From assembly GCA_030697555.1 (NCBI GenBank), contig JAUYPV010000109.1, positions 7,227 to 71,226 of the forward strand: a stretch of 64,000 bases of DNA, written 5' to 3'. The stretch is from Hyphomonadaceae bacterium. Its GTDB lineage: Bacteria; Pseudomonadota; Alphaproteobacteria; Caulobacterales; Hyphomonadaceae. This document shows positions 19,179-28,681 of the stretch, one piece after another; the first letter of the stretch is position 1; each line of letters starts with the position of its first letter. Under the pieces are notes generated by a model. That model ran no database searches and was not told where the DNA came from. It was given only the letters and a program-made list of their open reading frames with translations. The position numbers were made by a program, and so were the translations under genes.

Positions 19179-19657
19179 GTCTTCCGGACATCTCGGGAGA
19201 CTGCGTCTAGCAGGCCGTTGATGAACTTCGGCTCCGCGCCTTCGAAGAAGGCGTGCGCGATGGAGACGTATTCATCGAGGATGATCTGCGATGGCAGACT
19301 GATCTCGGCGACCAGTTCATACACCGCGCCGCGCAGGATGGCGCGCGAGGTGGCGTCGAGCCGCTCGATCTTCCAGCCTTCGGCGAGGCGCTTCATGATA
19401 GCCGCGTCGATCTCTTCCTGGCGCGCGACCACGCCATCGACGATCAGCTTGAACAGGTCCGGATCGGCTTCCTCGACCGGCTGGCCTTCATCGTCGAGGC
19501 CGAGGCGATCTTCCATGAAATCCGCGATGACGGAGCGGGCGGACTGTTCGGTCTGCTCCATCTGGTAGAGCGCCTGCACGGCGGCGAGGCGCGCGCCGGC
19601 CCGGCGCGCGGCGGTTAGCTTGCGTTCGGCCTCGGCAGAGATCGCCTTCTGGTTCAT
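19175..19657 (-). CDS. nusB: Transcription antitermination factor NusB
   Basis: 'ARLAAVQALYQME…RILRGAVYEL' are NusB family motifs. There are 4-nt overlaps with ribH and thiL. Confidence 0.92.
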   Translation of the reverse strand: MNQKAISAEAERKLTAARRAGARLAAVQALYQMEQTEQSARSVIADFMEDRLGLDDEGQPVEEADPDLFKLIVDGVVARQEEIDAAIMKRLAEGWKIERLDATSRAILRGAVYELVAEISLPSQIILDEYVSIAHAFFEGAEPKFINGLLDAVSRDVRKT

Positions 19658-20097
19658 TCCTCGCGGCCCTGCGTGAAGCGATAGGACAGGCCGACCATCC
19701 GCAGGACAGCCGCGACGACTTCGGCCCCCTTGTTTTTGCCCTTATGGTCGGCTCGCACTTTCGCCTGTGCTTCGCTCTCGACGGTCAGCACGCCGAAGGC
19801 GACAGGCACTCCGGCAAGCGACAGATCCATCAGGCCGCGCGCGACTTCGTTGCAGATGAGATCGTAGTGGCCGGTCTCGCCGCGGATCACACAACCAAGT
19901 GCGGCGAAGCCATCATACTCGCCCGTCTCCGCCGCCATGGCGATCGCGCCCGGGATTTCAAAGGCGCCCGGGACTTCGAGGAATTCGTAAGTCGCCCCGA
20001 CTTTCTCCAGCCCCTCGACCACGCCAGCCTCGAGCTCCGCCGCGATGTGGGCGTAGTAGCGCGACGTGACGATCAGTATGCGGGGCGCGTCAGGCAT
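19654..20097 (-). CDS. ribH: 6,7-dimethyl-8-ribityllumazine synthase
   Basis: 'ILIVTSRYYAHI…VPGAFEIPG…GCVIRGETGHYD' is the lumazine synthase signature. Confidence 0.93.
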   Translation of the reverse strand: MPDAPRILIVTSRYYAHIAAELEAGVVEGLEKVGATYEFLEVPGAFEIPGAIAMAAETGEYDGFAALGCVIRGETGHYDLICNEVARGLMDLSLAGVPVAFGVLTVESEAQAKVRADHKGKNKGAEVVAAVLRMVGLSYRFTQGREE

Positions 20098-21243
20098 CTA
20101 ATCTCCGTCGATCCGGCGCCAGCCCTCGACCGCAAGGCCGTATCCGTCAAGGCCCGGCAGCACGTTTGGACGCGTATTGCTCATCAGGATCATGCGGCGG
20201 ACGCCGAGATCCTTCAGGATCTGCGCGCCGACGCCGTACTCGCGCAATGGGTGAGCGCCTTCCTGCGGTTCGTGCGCGCCGGATTCCAGCGCGCCGAGCG
20301 TGCGGGCGATCTCTTCGCCCATGCCCATGCGGACGAACACGACGACGCCCGGCTCCTCGGCGGCGGCCAGACGCTCCATCGAGCGCCGGACCAGGCCTTC
20401 GCGCTTGCCGGCCTCGCCGAGGAAGTCGGAGAGGAAGTCGACGCGGTGGACGCGCACCAGGGTCGGCTGGTCGCCGGTGATGCGGCCCTTCACCAGCGCG
20501 ACGTGCTCGGCGCCGTCCAGCGTGTTGCGGAACACCACGATACGGAATTTGCCGCCCCAGGCGCTGTCGAAATCGGATTCAATACGGCGTTCGAGGAAGC
20601 GGTCATGCCGGCGTCGCCAGGCGATGAGGTCGGCGATGGTGCCGATCTTCATGCCGTGAAGCTGGGCGAACGAGACCAGCTCCGGCAGGCGCGCCATGCC
20701 GCCATCGTCGTTCATGATCTCGCAGATAACGGCCGCCGGATACAAACCAGCAAGACGAGAGATGTCGACGCTCGCCTCGGTGTGGCCGGCGCGGACGAGC
20801 ACGCCGCCTTCCTTGGCGACCAGCGGAAAGACGTGGCCGGGCGAGACGATATCTTCCGAACTCTTGGTGGGGTCGACCGACACCGCAATCGTGTGCGCGC
20901 GATCGTGCGCCGAGATGCCTGTCGTGACGCCTTCCCTCGCCTCGATCGAGACGGTGAAGGCGGTCTTCATGCTCTCACGGTTTTCGCGCGCCATCATGTC
21001 GAGCTGGAGCACACGCGCCCGATCGCGCGTGAGCGACAGGCAGATCAGGCCGCGCCCATGCTTGGCCATGAAATTGACCTGCGCCGGCGTCGCAAACTGC
21101 GCCGGGATGATCAGGTCGCCTTCGTTCTCGCGGTCCTCGGCGTCGACGAGGATGTACATGCGCCCGTTGCGCGCTTCCTCGACGATCTCCTCGATGGGAG
21201 AGATCGCGTCGGAAAAATCGTACTTCAGCGGTTCGTCTTTCAT
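20098..21243 (-). CDS. ribB: 3,4-dihydroxy-2-butanone-4-phosphate synthase fused to a GTP-cyclohydrolase-II-like domain that lacks the zinc cysteines
   Basis: DHBPS motifs 'DAEDRENEGDLI…','RAGHTEASVD'. The C-terminal domain reads 'LVRVHRVDFLSDFLGEAG', where RibA has 'VRVHSECLTGD…CDCG'. The start at 21243 gives an ATGA overlap with ribE; 21255 is an alternative. Confidence 0.88.
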   Translation of the reverse strand: MKDEPLKYDFSDAISPIEEIVEEARNGRMYILVDAEDRENEGDLIIPAQFATPAQVNFMAKHGRGLICLSLTRDRARVLQLDMMARENRESMKTAFTVSIEAREGVTTGISAHDRAHTIAVSVDPTKSSEDIVSPGHVFPLVAKEGGVLVRAGHTEASVDISRLAGLYPAAVICEIMNDDGGMARLPELVSFAQLHGMKIGTIADLIAWRRRHDRFLERRIESDFDSAWGGKFRIVVFRNTLDGAEHVALVKGRITGDQPTLVRVHRVDFLSDFLGEAGKREGLVRRSMERLAAAEEPGVVVFVRMGMGEEIARTLGALESGAHEPQEGAHPLREYGVGAQILKDLGVRRMILMSNTRPNVLPGLDGYGLAVEGWRRIDGD

Positions 21244-21863
21244 TTGGACTGCCATTCAAGCATGCGGACGACATATCGCGCCAGCATGTCGACCTCCAGA
21301 TTGCACCTGTCGCCGGGCGTAAATGTGCCCAGCGTGGTGACTTGCAGGGTATGCGGGATGATTGCGACCTCGAACCAGTCCGCCCCATCGTCATGGCCGA
21401 CAGCCGAAACGGTGAGCGAAACGCCATCGATGCAAATCGAGCCTTTTTCGGCGAGGAATTTCGCCAGCGGCTCGGCGACTTCGACGCGAATGCGGCGGCT
21501 GTCGCCGTCCTGTTTGATGGAGCGGACAATGCCGAGGCCATCGACATGGCCGTAGACCAGGTGGCCGCCGAGCTCATCGCCCAGCTTCAGCGACAGTTCG
21601 AGGTTCATGCGCGTGCCGGCGAGCCAGTTGCCCAGCGTGGTGCGCGACAGCGTTTCGGGGATCGCCTCGACCACCCACCACGATCCGCCGCCCGGCTTAT
21701 CGCCAAACTCGACCAGAGTGAGACAGACGCCGGAATGCTGCACCGACGCGCCCATCTGCAGCGCGGACACGGGATAAGCGCTCTCTACCCGCACACGGCG
21801 GATGCCGTTGGAGTCTTCCACCGACTTCACCCGGCCGACATCGGTTACGAGGCCCGTGAACAT
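21240..21863 (-). CDS. ribE: Riboflavin synthase (alpha chain)
   Basis: Canonical 'MFTGLV' start, with duplicated barrel repeats ('GASVQHSGVCLT', 'GSICIDGVSLT'). Confidence 0.93.
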   Translation of the reverse strand: MFTGLVTDVGRVKSVEDSNGIRRVRVESAYPVSALQMGASVQHSGVCLTLVEFGDKPGGGSWWVVEAIPETLSRTTLGNWLAGTRMNLELSLKLGDELGGHLVYGHVDGLGIVRSIKQDGDSRRIRVEVAEPLAKFLAEKGSICIDGVSLTVSAVGHDDGADWFEVAIIPHTLQVTTLGTFTPGDRCNLEVDMLARYVVRMLEWQSK

Positions 21864-21864
21864 C

Positions 21865-22545
21865 TCACGCTTTCCGCACGTAGCTTTCCCAGAGGTCGAC
21901 GCCGACCTCCTTCACCCTCACGCGTTCAAAGGTGGGCGCGTCAACGACTTTCTCCAAGCCCAGGGGGCCGAGGCCCGGCAATCCGTCGCCGCCGAGGAGA
22001 ATTGGCGCACGAAACCACTCGATCCGGTCGACCAGACCATCGCGGATGAAGGAGGCGGCGAGCCTGCCCCCGCCCTCGATCATCAGGGATTTGAGCCCTG
22101 CCCTGTCGGCGGAATTCAAGAGTTCGGGGAGCGAGATGCTGCCCGTCCGCGCATCCCTGGGCAGCATCCAGAAGCTGAGTTCGCGATGCGAGGGCCAGTG
22201 GTCGAGGTTCGTGGTCTCCAGCGTGGCGATGGCGACCGGACCCTTGTCGAGCGTAGTGAGGAGCTTGGCCGAGGCGGGCGTCTGCCCGCGGCTGTCGGCG
22301 ACGACGCGCAGCGGTTGCCTGGCGGGAGGCGGATCGGTGCGCGCGATAAGCTCGGGATCGTCCGCCATCAGCGTACCGGAACCGACGAGCACCGCATCGT
22401 GCGCGGCGCGCAGCCGGTGCCCTTCAGCGCGGGCCGCTTCGCCAGTGATCCATTTGGAATTGCCGCTCGCCGTCGCGATACGGCCATCGAGCGACGTCGC
22501 GAGTTTCAGCGTAATTTGAGGCCGGGTGGCGGAAGCGCCGCTCAT
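21865..22545 (-). CDS. ribD: 5-amino-6-(5-phosphoribosylamino)uracil reductase (RibD C-terminal domain only; no deaminase domain)
   Basis: '[17 protein letters not shown]…[18 protein letters not shown]…[17 protein letters not shown]' is the RibD_C fold. Only 226 aa, and its start overlaps the nrdR stop, so there is no room for a CMP/dCMP-deaminase domain. Confidence 0.85.
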   Translation of the reverse strand: MSGASATRPQITLKLATSLDGRIATASGNSKWITGEAARAEGHRLRAAHDAVLVGSGTLMADDPELIARTDPPPARQPLRVVADSRGQTPASAKLLTTLDKGPVAIATLETTNLDHWPSHRELSFWMLPRDARTGSISLPELLNSADRAGLKSLMIEGGGRLAASFIRDGLVDRIEWFRAPILLGGDGLPGLGPLGLEKVVDAPTFERVRVKEVGVDLWESYVRKA

Positions 22546-23018
22546 TCGTCCTTCTCGCCTTCGCCGCCTTCCTCGACCTGAGCCTCCACGAAGCGGGCGA
22601 AGTCGGCCGGCTTGTTGAAGTCCTTGTAGACCGAGGCGTAGCGGATGAAGGCGACCGGATCGAGTTCGCTCAGCGACTCCATCACCATCTGGCCGATGTC
22701 AGATGTCTTGATCTCGCTCTCGCCCATGTTCTCGAGGCGGCGGACGATGCCCGAGATCATGTGATCGATCTGCTCTTCGGAGACGGGCCGCTTCTGCAGC
22801 GCGATCTTCACCGACCGGCGCAGCTTGTCGCGCTCGAACGCGGCCTTGCGCCCATCGCGCTTTACAACCGTGAGATCGCGAAGCTGGACGCGCTCGAAGG
22901 TCGTGAAGCGCCCGCCGCAATTCGTGCAGCCCCTTCGGCGGCGGACAGCGCTGTCCTCTTCAGCGGGACGGCTGTCCTTAACGACCGAGTCCGCTGTGCC
23001 ACAGAACGGGCAGCGCAA
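22542..23018 (-). CDS. nrdR: Transcriptional repressor NrdR
   Basis: Zinc ribbon 'MRCPFCG…[12 protein letters not shown]' followed by an ATP-cone. Confidence 0.95.
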   Translation of the reverse strand: MRCPFCGTADSVVKDSRPAEEDSAVRRRRGCTNCGGRFTTFERVQLRDLTVVKRDGRKAAFERDKLRRSVKIALQKRPVSEEQIDHMISGIVRRLENMGESEIKTSDIGQMVMESLSELDPVAFIRYASVYKDFNKPADFARFVEAQVEEGGEGEKDE

Positions 23019-23021
23019 TCA

Positions 23022-24329
23022 TTACCCCTTCACGCCATAGATCGGGAAGCGATCCGTCAGCGCTTTCACTTCACGGCGAACTTTTTCCTCGATCGAGGTC
23101 GTGTCGCCACCCTTTGCAAGCGCATCGACCACTTCGACCATCCAGCGGCCGACCTGCTTGAATTCGTCCGTGCCGAAGCCGCGCGTGGTGGCCGCGGGCG
23201 AACCGACGCGGATACCGGAAGTAACCGCCGGCTTTTCCGGATCGAACGGCACGCCGTTCTTGTTGCAGGTGATCCAGGCGCGCTCGAGCGCTTTCTCGGT
23301 GTCGTTGCCTTTGACGCCCTTCGGACGCAGGTCGACCAGCATCAGGTGCGTGTCGGTGCCGCCAGAGACGATGTCGAGGCCGCCTACTTTCAGCGTCTCG
23401 GCCAGCACGCGGGCGTTGTCGATCACAGCCTGCGCGTAGCGTTTGAACTCAGGCTTTAGCGCCTCGCCGAATGCCACCGCCTTGCCGGCAATGACGTGAA
23501 CCAGCGGTCCGCCCTGGATGCCGGGGAACACGGCCGAGTTCACTTTCTTGGCGACCGCCTCGTCATTGGTCAGCACCAGGCCGCCGCGCGGACCGCGCAA
23601 CGTCTTATGCGTCGTGGTGGTGACGACGTGGGCGTGATCCATCGGATTGGGGATGAGACCCGCGGCCACAAGGCCGGCGAAGTGCGCCATGTCGACCATC
23701 AGGTAGGCGCCGATCTCGTCCGCGATCTTGCGGAAGCCGGCGAAGTCGATCGTGCGCGAATAGGCCGAGCCGCCGGCGATGATGATTTTCGCGTGGGACT
23801 CGGTTGCGATCTTGTGGACCTCGTCGAGATCGATGCGGCCGTCCTGGCGGCGCACGCCGTAGTGGTGCGCCTTGAACCATTTGCCCGACTGATTAGCGAC
23901 GCCGCCATGCGTGAGGTGACCGCCTGCGTCGAGGCTCATACCGAGGATCGGATCACCCGGCTTGATGAGGGCGTTGAACACGGCCTGGTTGGCCTGGCTG
24001 CCCGAGGAAGGCTGGACGTTGGCGAAGCCGGCGCCGAAAAGTTGCTTGGCGCGTTCGATCGCCAGCGTCTCGATCTCGTCGACGAATTCGCAGCCGCCAT
24101 AGTAGCGCTTGCCCGGATAACCTTCGGCGTACTTGTTGGTGAGGATCGATCCCTGCGCTTCCAGGACGGCGCGCGAGACGATGTTCTCCGAGGCGATCAG
24201 CTCGATCTGATGCTGCTGGCGATGCAGCTCCTCGCCGATGAACTTGGCGATCGAAGGATCGCGCTCGGCCAGCGAAGCTCCGAAAAAGGCATGTTCCCGC
24301 GTTCCAACGAGCGGGTTCGATTGGCTCAT
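23022..24329 (-). CDS. glyA: Serine hydroxymethyltransferase
   Basis: '[19 protein letters not shown]…[17 protein letters not shown]…[14 protein letters not shown]' is the SHMT PLP-lysine motif. Confidence 0.97.
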   Translation of the reverse strand: MSQSNPLVGTREHAFFGASLAERDPSIAKFIGEELHRQQHQIELIASENIVSRAVLEAQGSILTNKYAEGYPGKRYYGGCEFVDEIETLAIERAKQLFGAGFANVQPSSGSQANQAVFNALIKPGDPILGMSLDAGGHLTHGGVANQSGKWFKAHHYGVRRQDGRIDLDEVHKIATESHAKIIIAGGSAYSRTIDFAGFRKIADEIGAYLMVDMAHFAGLVAAGLIPNPMDHAHVVTTTTHKTLRGPRGGLVLTNDEAVAKKVNSAVFPGIQGGPLVHVIAGKAVAFGEALKPEFKRYAQAVIDNARVLAETLKVGGLDIVSGGTDTHLMLVDLRPKGVKGNDTEKALERAWITCNKNGVPFDPEKPAVTSGIRVGSPAATTRGFGTDEFKQVGRWMVEVVDALAKGGDTTSIEEKVRREVKALTDRFPIYGVKG

Positions 24330-24548
24330 GCGCGGCCCTCCGGACTCATCTGTGAGCTGGTTTCACGGGCGATACGGGACACCCTTGCAATTGGCAAGTC
24401 TTGCCGGTTCCCAAGGTATTTACCAAGGCCAGATGGATCAGAATCAGTATTCCTGATTAATCTGTGGTCCACGGGTCGGTAGTTAGTTGCCTTCTTCTTG
24501 GACTTGCGCGTTGATCGCCCGGCTTTGGGGCTGTTGTGGGTAGAAGTG

Positions 24549-24980
24549 ATGGCGGATACGTCCGGAAATTCTGTGCTATCGCACGATGATCTGATGCGAA
24601 TGACTTCCGAAATCGTGTCGGCCTTCGTCTCCAACAATCCGGTGACAACAGATAGCCTGCCGGACGTCATCCGTTCTGTTTACAGGACCATGTCCGGCCT
24701 CTCCTCGACGGGAGAAAAGGCATCGGAGGACAAGCCGAAACCGGCCGTGCCGATCTCGAAATCGGTGACGCCCGACCACATCGTCTGCCTGGAAGACGGT
24801 CGGAAGCTGAAGATGCTGAAGCGCTACCTGCGCTCACGCTATGACATGAGCCCGGACGACTATCGCCGCCGCTGGGGGCTCGGCGCCGACTATCCGATGG
24901 TCGCGCCGAACTACACCGAACGCCGCTCCGAGTTCGCCAAGAAGATCGGCCTGGGCAAAGGCGTGCGCAAGGCGCGCTGA
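24549..24980 (+). CDS. mucR: MucR/Ros family zinc-finger transcriptional regulator
   Basis: 'DHIVCLEDGRKLKMLKRYLRSRYDMSPDDYRRRWGL..DYPMVAPNY' is the Ros/MucR C-terminal signature. The start is taken at MADTSG. Confidence 0.9.
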   Translation: MADTSGNSVLSHDDLMRMTSEIVSAFVSNNPVTTDSLPDVIRSVYRTMSGLSSTGEKASEDKPKPAVPISKSVTPDHIVCLEDGRKLKMLKRYLRSRYDMSPDDYRRRWGLGADYPMVAPNYTERRSEFAKKIGLGKGVRKAR

Positions 24981-25066
24981 GTCGGCGCCGCAAGCGGGGA
25001 CGCGGGATGCTGAACGCGCCATAGCTCGCCGAGGCTGTGGAAAAAGATTCGGCCAAATACTCGGCA

Positions 25067-25540
25067 CTAGCGCTCTTTTGGAGTTCGCGTTTGCGTAACG
25101 CCATCGGGCCCGCGGTCCCAATCGATCACGTATTCCAACTCAAATTCGCAGTCCGTTGCGAAGCTGGGCGTAGCGGGCCACGCATATCGAGATGATTGCA
25201 GGAAATCGGACGCCGCGCGGATCAACTTCTGACGTGTTGCGTGCCTCAGGTATTCCGGCGGGCCGATATAGCTGACGTTGATCGCCTTTCCCGTCTCGTT
25301 CACGTCGTAGCTGAGGCGCATGCTGTTGATGGATTGATAGGCTTGCGCAGCCATGAAGAACATCGACACCTCTTCCGGAATATGCATCTGCCCGTCTTCG
25401 GCGCGCTTGAGACCAGCGTCGCTGCATGGAATAGCCGTCGCCGGAATTGCGCGAGGGGCACCCACCCCGCCATACTCGACGCCATCGCCAACGCATCCAC
25501 ACAGCGACAGCACCAGCAGACAAACTAGACTTATGCGCAT
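25067..25540 (-). CDS. Hypothetical lipoprotein
   Basis: 'MRISLVCLLVLSLCGCVG' has a lipobox. SD GGGAGA lies 5 nt before the ATG at 25540. The longer ORF to 25804 has no supporting SD. No family recognised. Confidence 0.6.
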   Translation of the reverse strand: MRISLVCLLVLSLCGCVGDGVEYGGVGAPRAIPATAIPCSDAGLKRAEDGQMHIPEEVSMFFMAAQAYQSINSMRLSYDVNETGKAINVSYIGPPEYLRHATRQKLIRAASDFLQSSRYAWPATPSFATDCEFELEYVIDWDRGPDGVTQTRTPKER

Positions 25541-25685
25541 CGTGATCTCCCGGCCCCGGCCGCTGGCAGTCTGTCCGATTTGATGCGGGCGCCAAGACGG
25601 CGATGGCAAAAAAGCTCGGGCGAAAACGATCAGGTCGCGAGACACGTCGGAAATCCAGGGCTTCAAGATGAGGCCCCGCGCACGA

Positions 25686-25952
25686 TCAGACGACAATTCC
25701 ACCCCTGCTGCTGCCGCTAGGCCCCCGCGCTCCGCCGCTCCCGCGAGACCGAACGTAGGCGAGTTTAGCCCGCGCCAGCCGCTCGATGTCCGCCTGTGCC
25801 GCATTGGCGGGAGCAGTGAACACGACTTCCAGACCGTCGCCGGCGGAGACGGCGCGCACTTCGATTGCGCCGCCGATGCGGTTCATCTCGAGAAGGATTT
25901 CGTGGTCGGGGTCGTCGGACACTACAACCTCGCTCGCGACTTGGCGCATCAC
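25686..25952 (-). CDS. Small conserved-looking hypothetical protein (88 aa)
   Basis: ATGA overlap with the MAPEG gene stop suggests translational coupling. High third-position GC. No family confidently recognised. Confidence 0.5.
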   Translation of the reverse strand: MMRQVASEVVVSDDPDHEILLEMNRIGGAIEVRAVSAGDGLEVVFTAPANAAQADIERLARAKLAYVRSRGSGGARGPSGSSRGGIVV

Positions 25953-26353
25953 CCCTCAGGCAGCCACACCAGCGCGACCATGACCATCGCGAGCCCGGCC
26001 GTGGCGATGTTCCAGCTGAATGTCCGGAGCCAGGGTACACCCGCAGCATAGAGCGGCAGGAAGAGAGTCCTCCCGCCCAGATAGATCAATGCGCCGACCA
26101 CGCTTAGCCAGCTGCCCGTCCTGTCGAGGCTTTCCAGCATCAGCACCGCCGCGGCGAAAATCGCGAAAGTCTCGAGATAGTTGCGTTGCGCGCGATCAAG
26201 ACGGCCAGCGACTCCGGCCGGTCGAATATCCTCATCCCGCGCCCCGACCGAGTAGGCGTTGCCGACTTGCGCCTTGAACGTGAATGACGCGGCCGTGAGA
26301 TGCACGAGCCCAAGCACCATGGCGCCGAACAGAGTCCAGAATTCCACCGACAT
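25949..26353 (-). CDS. MAPEG family membrane protein
   Basis: 134 aa with about 4 TM segments. 'RLDRAQRNYLETFAIFAAAVL' is a MAPEG-like motif. Confidence 0.7.
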   Translation of the reverse strand: MSVEFWTLFGAMVLGLVHLTAASFTFKAQVGNAYSVGARDEDIRPAGVAGRLDRAQRNYLETFAIFAAAVLMLESLDRTGSWLSVVGALIYLGGRTLFLPLYAAGVPWLRTFSWNIATAGLAMVMVALVWLPEG

Positions 26354-26431
26354 TGTCGCCTCGCACCGGCTCCATTGAGGCCGGCTTCAACCGGAGCATG
26401 CCGGGAGTCGCGCCGCCGATGAAATCGCTGC

Positions 26432-27664
26432 CTACGCCGCGCGTTTCAGCCCGAGCTGCGCCCAGATCGCCACGAGAGCGGCGACCAGTTCGTCCATCAT
26501 CGCTTCGGTGTGTTGCGGCGACGGGGTAAAGCGCAGGCGTTCCGTGCCCTTTGGCACGGTCGGGTAGTTGATCGGCTGGACGTAGATGCCGAAGTCGAAC
26601 AGCAGTGTGTCGGACAGCGCCTTGCAGCGCTCCGGGTCGCCGACCAGCAGCGGCACGATGTGGGTGTCGGCCATCATCACCGGCAGTTTCGCGGCGATCA
26701 GCTTCTGCCGAAGCATTTCCGCTTTTTGCTGATGGATGGTGCGCAGCTCGCGGCCGAAATCGCTGCGCAGCTTGCGGATCGATGTCAGCGCGCCGGCGGC
26801 CAGCACCGGGCATGTCGAGGTCGAGAAAATGAAGCCAGGGGCCATGGAGCGGATGGCGTCGCAGATCGCGGTCTTGGAGGCGATGTAGCCGCCCATGACG
26901 CCAAACGCTTTGGCGAGCGTGCCTTCGCAGATGGTGATGCGGTCCATCACGCCATCGCGCTGGGCGACGCCCGCGCCTTCGTGGCCGTACATGCCGACGG
27001 CGTGGACCTCGTCGAGATAGGTCATCGCGTCGAATTCTTCGGCGAGATCGCAGATCTCGTGCATCGGGGCGACGTCGCCATCCATCGAGTAGACGGACTC
27101 GAAGGCGATGACTTTCGGGGCGTCGGCCGGATCGTTTTCGAGAAGGGCGCGAAGGTGCGCCATGTCGTTGTGGCGGAAGATGCGCTTGGCGCAGTGCGAA
27201 CGCTTGATGCCTTCGATCATCGAGGCGTGGTTCAGCTCGTCCGAATAGATGATGACGTTCGGCATGATCTTGGCGAGCGTCGACAGGGTCGCCTCGTTCG
27301 AGACATAGCCGGAGGTGAAGAGCAACGCGCTTTCCTTGCCGTGGAGACTAGCGAGCTCTTTTTCGAGGTCTACGTGGTAGCGCGTGGTGCCGGAGATGTT
27401 GCGGGTGCCGCCCGAGCCGGCGCCGAAGGTGTCGACGGCATCCTTCATCGACTGGATCACGTCGGGGTCCTGGCCCATGCCCAGATAGTCGTTGGAGCAC
27501 CAGACGGTAACGTCCTGCTCGCGGCCGTCATTGTGGCGGACAGAGGCCTTGGGAAACTGGCCGCGGTAGCGCTTGAGGTCGATGAATACCCGGTAGCGGC
27601 CTTCGGACCTGATTTCTTCGAGGGCGTTTTCGAAGGCGGCGAGGTGTTTCATCGGGGCGTTCAC
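26432..27664 (-). CDS. hemA: 5-aminolevulinate synthase
   Basis: '[12 protein letters not shown]…','[10 protein letters not shown]','STSTCP' are alpha-oxoamine synthase/ALAS motifs. 410 aa. Confidence 0.95.
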   Translation of the reverse strand: MNAPMKHLAAFENALEEIRSEGRYRVFIDLKRYRGQFPKASVRHNDGREQDVTVWCSNDYLGMGQDPDVIQSMKDAVDTFGAGSGGTRNISGTTRYHVDLEKELASLHGKESALLFTSGYVSNEATLSTLAKIMPNVIIYSDELNHASMIEGIKRSHCAKRIFRHNDMAHLRALLENDPADAPKVIAFESVYSMDGDVAPMHEICDLAEEFDAMTYLDEVHAVGMYGHEGAGVAQRDGVMDRITICEGTLAKAFGVMGGYIASKTAICDAIRSMAPGFIFSTSTCPVLAAGALTSIRKLRSDFGRELRTIHQQKAEMLRQKLIAAKLPVMMADTHIVPLLVGDPERCKALSDTLLFDFGIYVQPINYPTVPKGTERLRFTPSPQHTEAMMDELVAALVAIWAQLGLKRAA

Positions 27665-27845
27665 TCTTGGCGCAGCATCACGTCTCTTGTGGACGCGTAG
27701 GCCAACCTAAGGCCGCACGCGGCGGTTTCCTAGACTTAGGTCAAATCGGAACTGATGGATTATGCCTTGTCGTCGCAGGCTTTTTGCGACTCGCTCGCAA
27801 CTGCCGGACAATGTCACGTGAGACGCGCGTGAGGCGACCCAAGTC

Positions 27846-27883
27846 CTGAAAACAGAACCGCCGGCTCCGTGAGGAGCCGGCGG
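27846..27883 (-). terminator. Rho-independent terminator downstream of the MarR gene
   Basis: Perfect 11-bp stem CCGCCGGCTCC/GGAGCCGGCGG (27858-27883) with a 4-nt loop. On the minus strand it is followed by TTCTGTTTTC. Confidence 0.7.
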
Positions 27884-28000
27884 ATTGGGTACACTGGCGT
27901 CGGGTCCCGGCTATCGCGGGAGTCCGCCGTCTCCTCCCCAAGGGCAGATTGGCCCAAGGTTCTCAGCCCCAGACTATCAGGCCGGGGTCCGTGTTTATCC

Positions 28001-28507
28001 TTAGAGTTGGTAGCGGATCTGGTCGGACCAGAAGCGCTCGAGCCGCGCCAGGGCCTTGTTGAGTTGTTCGAGGTCGTCGGCGCGAACCGAGGCAGTAGGT
28101 TCGAGAGCGGACGCCTGCTTCTCAAAAAGGTCCTGGACGCGGGCACGAACGGCTTTGCCCGAAGGCGTGAGCTTGAGGCGGACCGTGCGGCGGTCGTCGC
28201 TGGAACGCGACTGCAGCAGATAGCCGCCTTCCTGAAGTTTCTTGACGTTGTAGGACATCGACGTGCCGGCGAAGGAGCCGCGAGCGCGGAGGGCGCTGGC
28301 GGGGGTTTCGGTGTCGCCAATCTCGTACAGCAGGAGAGCCTGGACGCCGGTGAGCGAGCGCTCACCCGAACGTTCAAGGTTGTCCTTCACCACGTCGTGC
28401 AGGCGGCGATGCGCTTGCTCGAGGAGGGAGAGGGCTTTCAGGAAGGATTGCTCGACAACTTCTTCAGAGCCGGTTTCCCGGACTTTCGCGTTCAACATCA
28501 CCACCAC
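28001..28507 (-). CDS. MarR family winged-helix transcriptional regulator
   Basis: 'LTGVQALLLYEIGD…SYNVKKLQEGGYLLQSRSSDDRRTVRLKLTPSG' is the MarR wHTH. Confidence 0.85.
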   Translation of the reverse strand: MVVMLNAKVRETGSEEVVEQSFLKALSLLEQAHRRLHDVVKDNLERSGERSLTGVQALLLYEIGDTETPASALRARGSFAGTSMSYNVKKLQEGGYLLQSRSSDDRRTVRLKLTPSGKAVRARVQDLFEKQASALEPTASVRADDLEQLNKALARLERFWSDQIRYQL

Positions 28508-28680
28508 CGTTGTTTATGTAGTCTTGTGCCGTCTGCCGATTTGCTCGGCTTATGGTGGAAACTACACGTGGTTGGCTAAGGAAGATCTAAAGCGAACAGG
28601 TTTTGAGTAAATTTCTACTGGTTTTCGTTCAGTCTTACCTTGTTTGTTAGTGTAACCCGCAAGTAAACGCGAAGGGGTGA
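28508..28680. promoter_or_regulatory. AT-rich block upstream of the MarR gene (probable promoter/operator region, possibly divergent)
   Basis: Visibly much lower GC than its surroundings. Contains short palindromes (AGTA-N6-TACT, GTTA-N3-TAAC, CACGTG). No -35/-10 assignment attempted. Confidence 0.4.
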
Positions 28681-28681
28681 A

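Noticed and set aside
19744-21555. 603-aa plus-strand ORF across ribH, ribBA and ribE.
   Set aside because: It is antisense to three well-supported riboflavin genes. It has low-complexity Arg/Asp/His-rich translation and crosses gene boundaries, so it is a shadow ORF.
19654-23018. Search for an FMN (RFN) riboswitch associated with the rib genes.
   Set aside because: The genes from nrdR to nusB overlap or abut, so no leader of sufficient length exists inside the cluster. The only upstream spacer (24330-24548) lacks RFN-like conserved segments as far as I can tell by eye.
24330-24548. The glyA leader, examined for ZTP/THF-type riboswitches, which are known upstream of glyA/folate genes in some bacteria.
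   Set aside because: I could not find the conserved cores (GACUGGCG / CCGCCUGGGC or the THF junction) on the minus strand. Only short palindromes are present, and those are reported separately.
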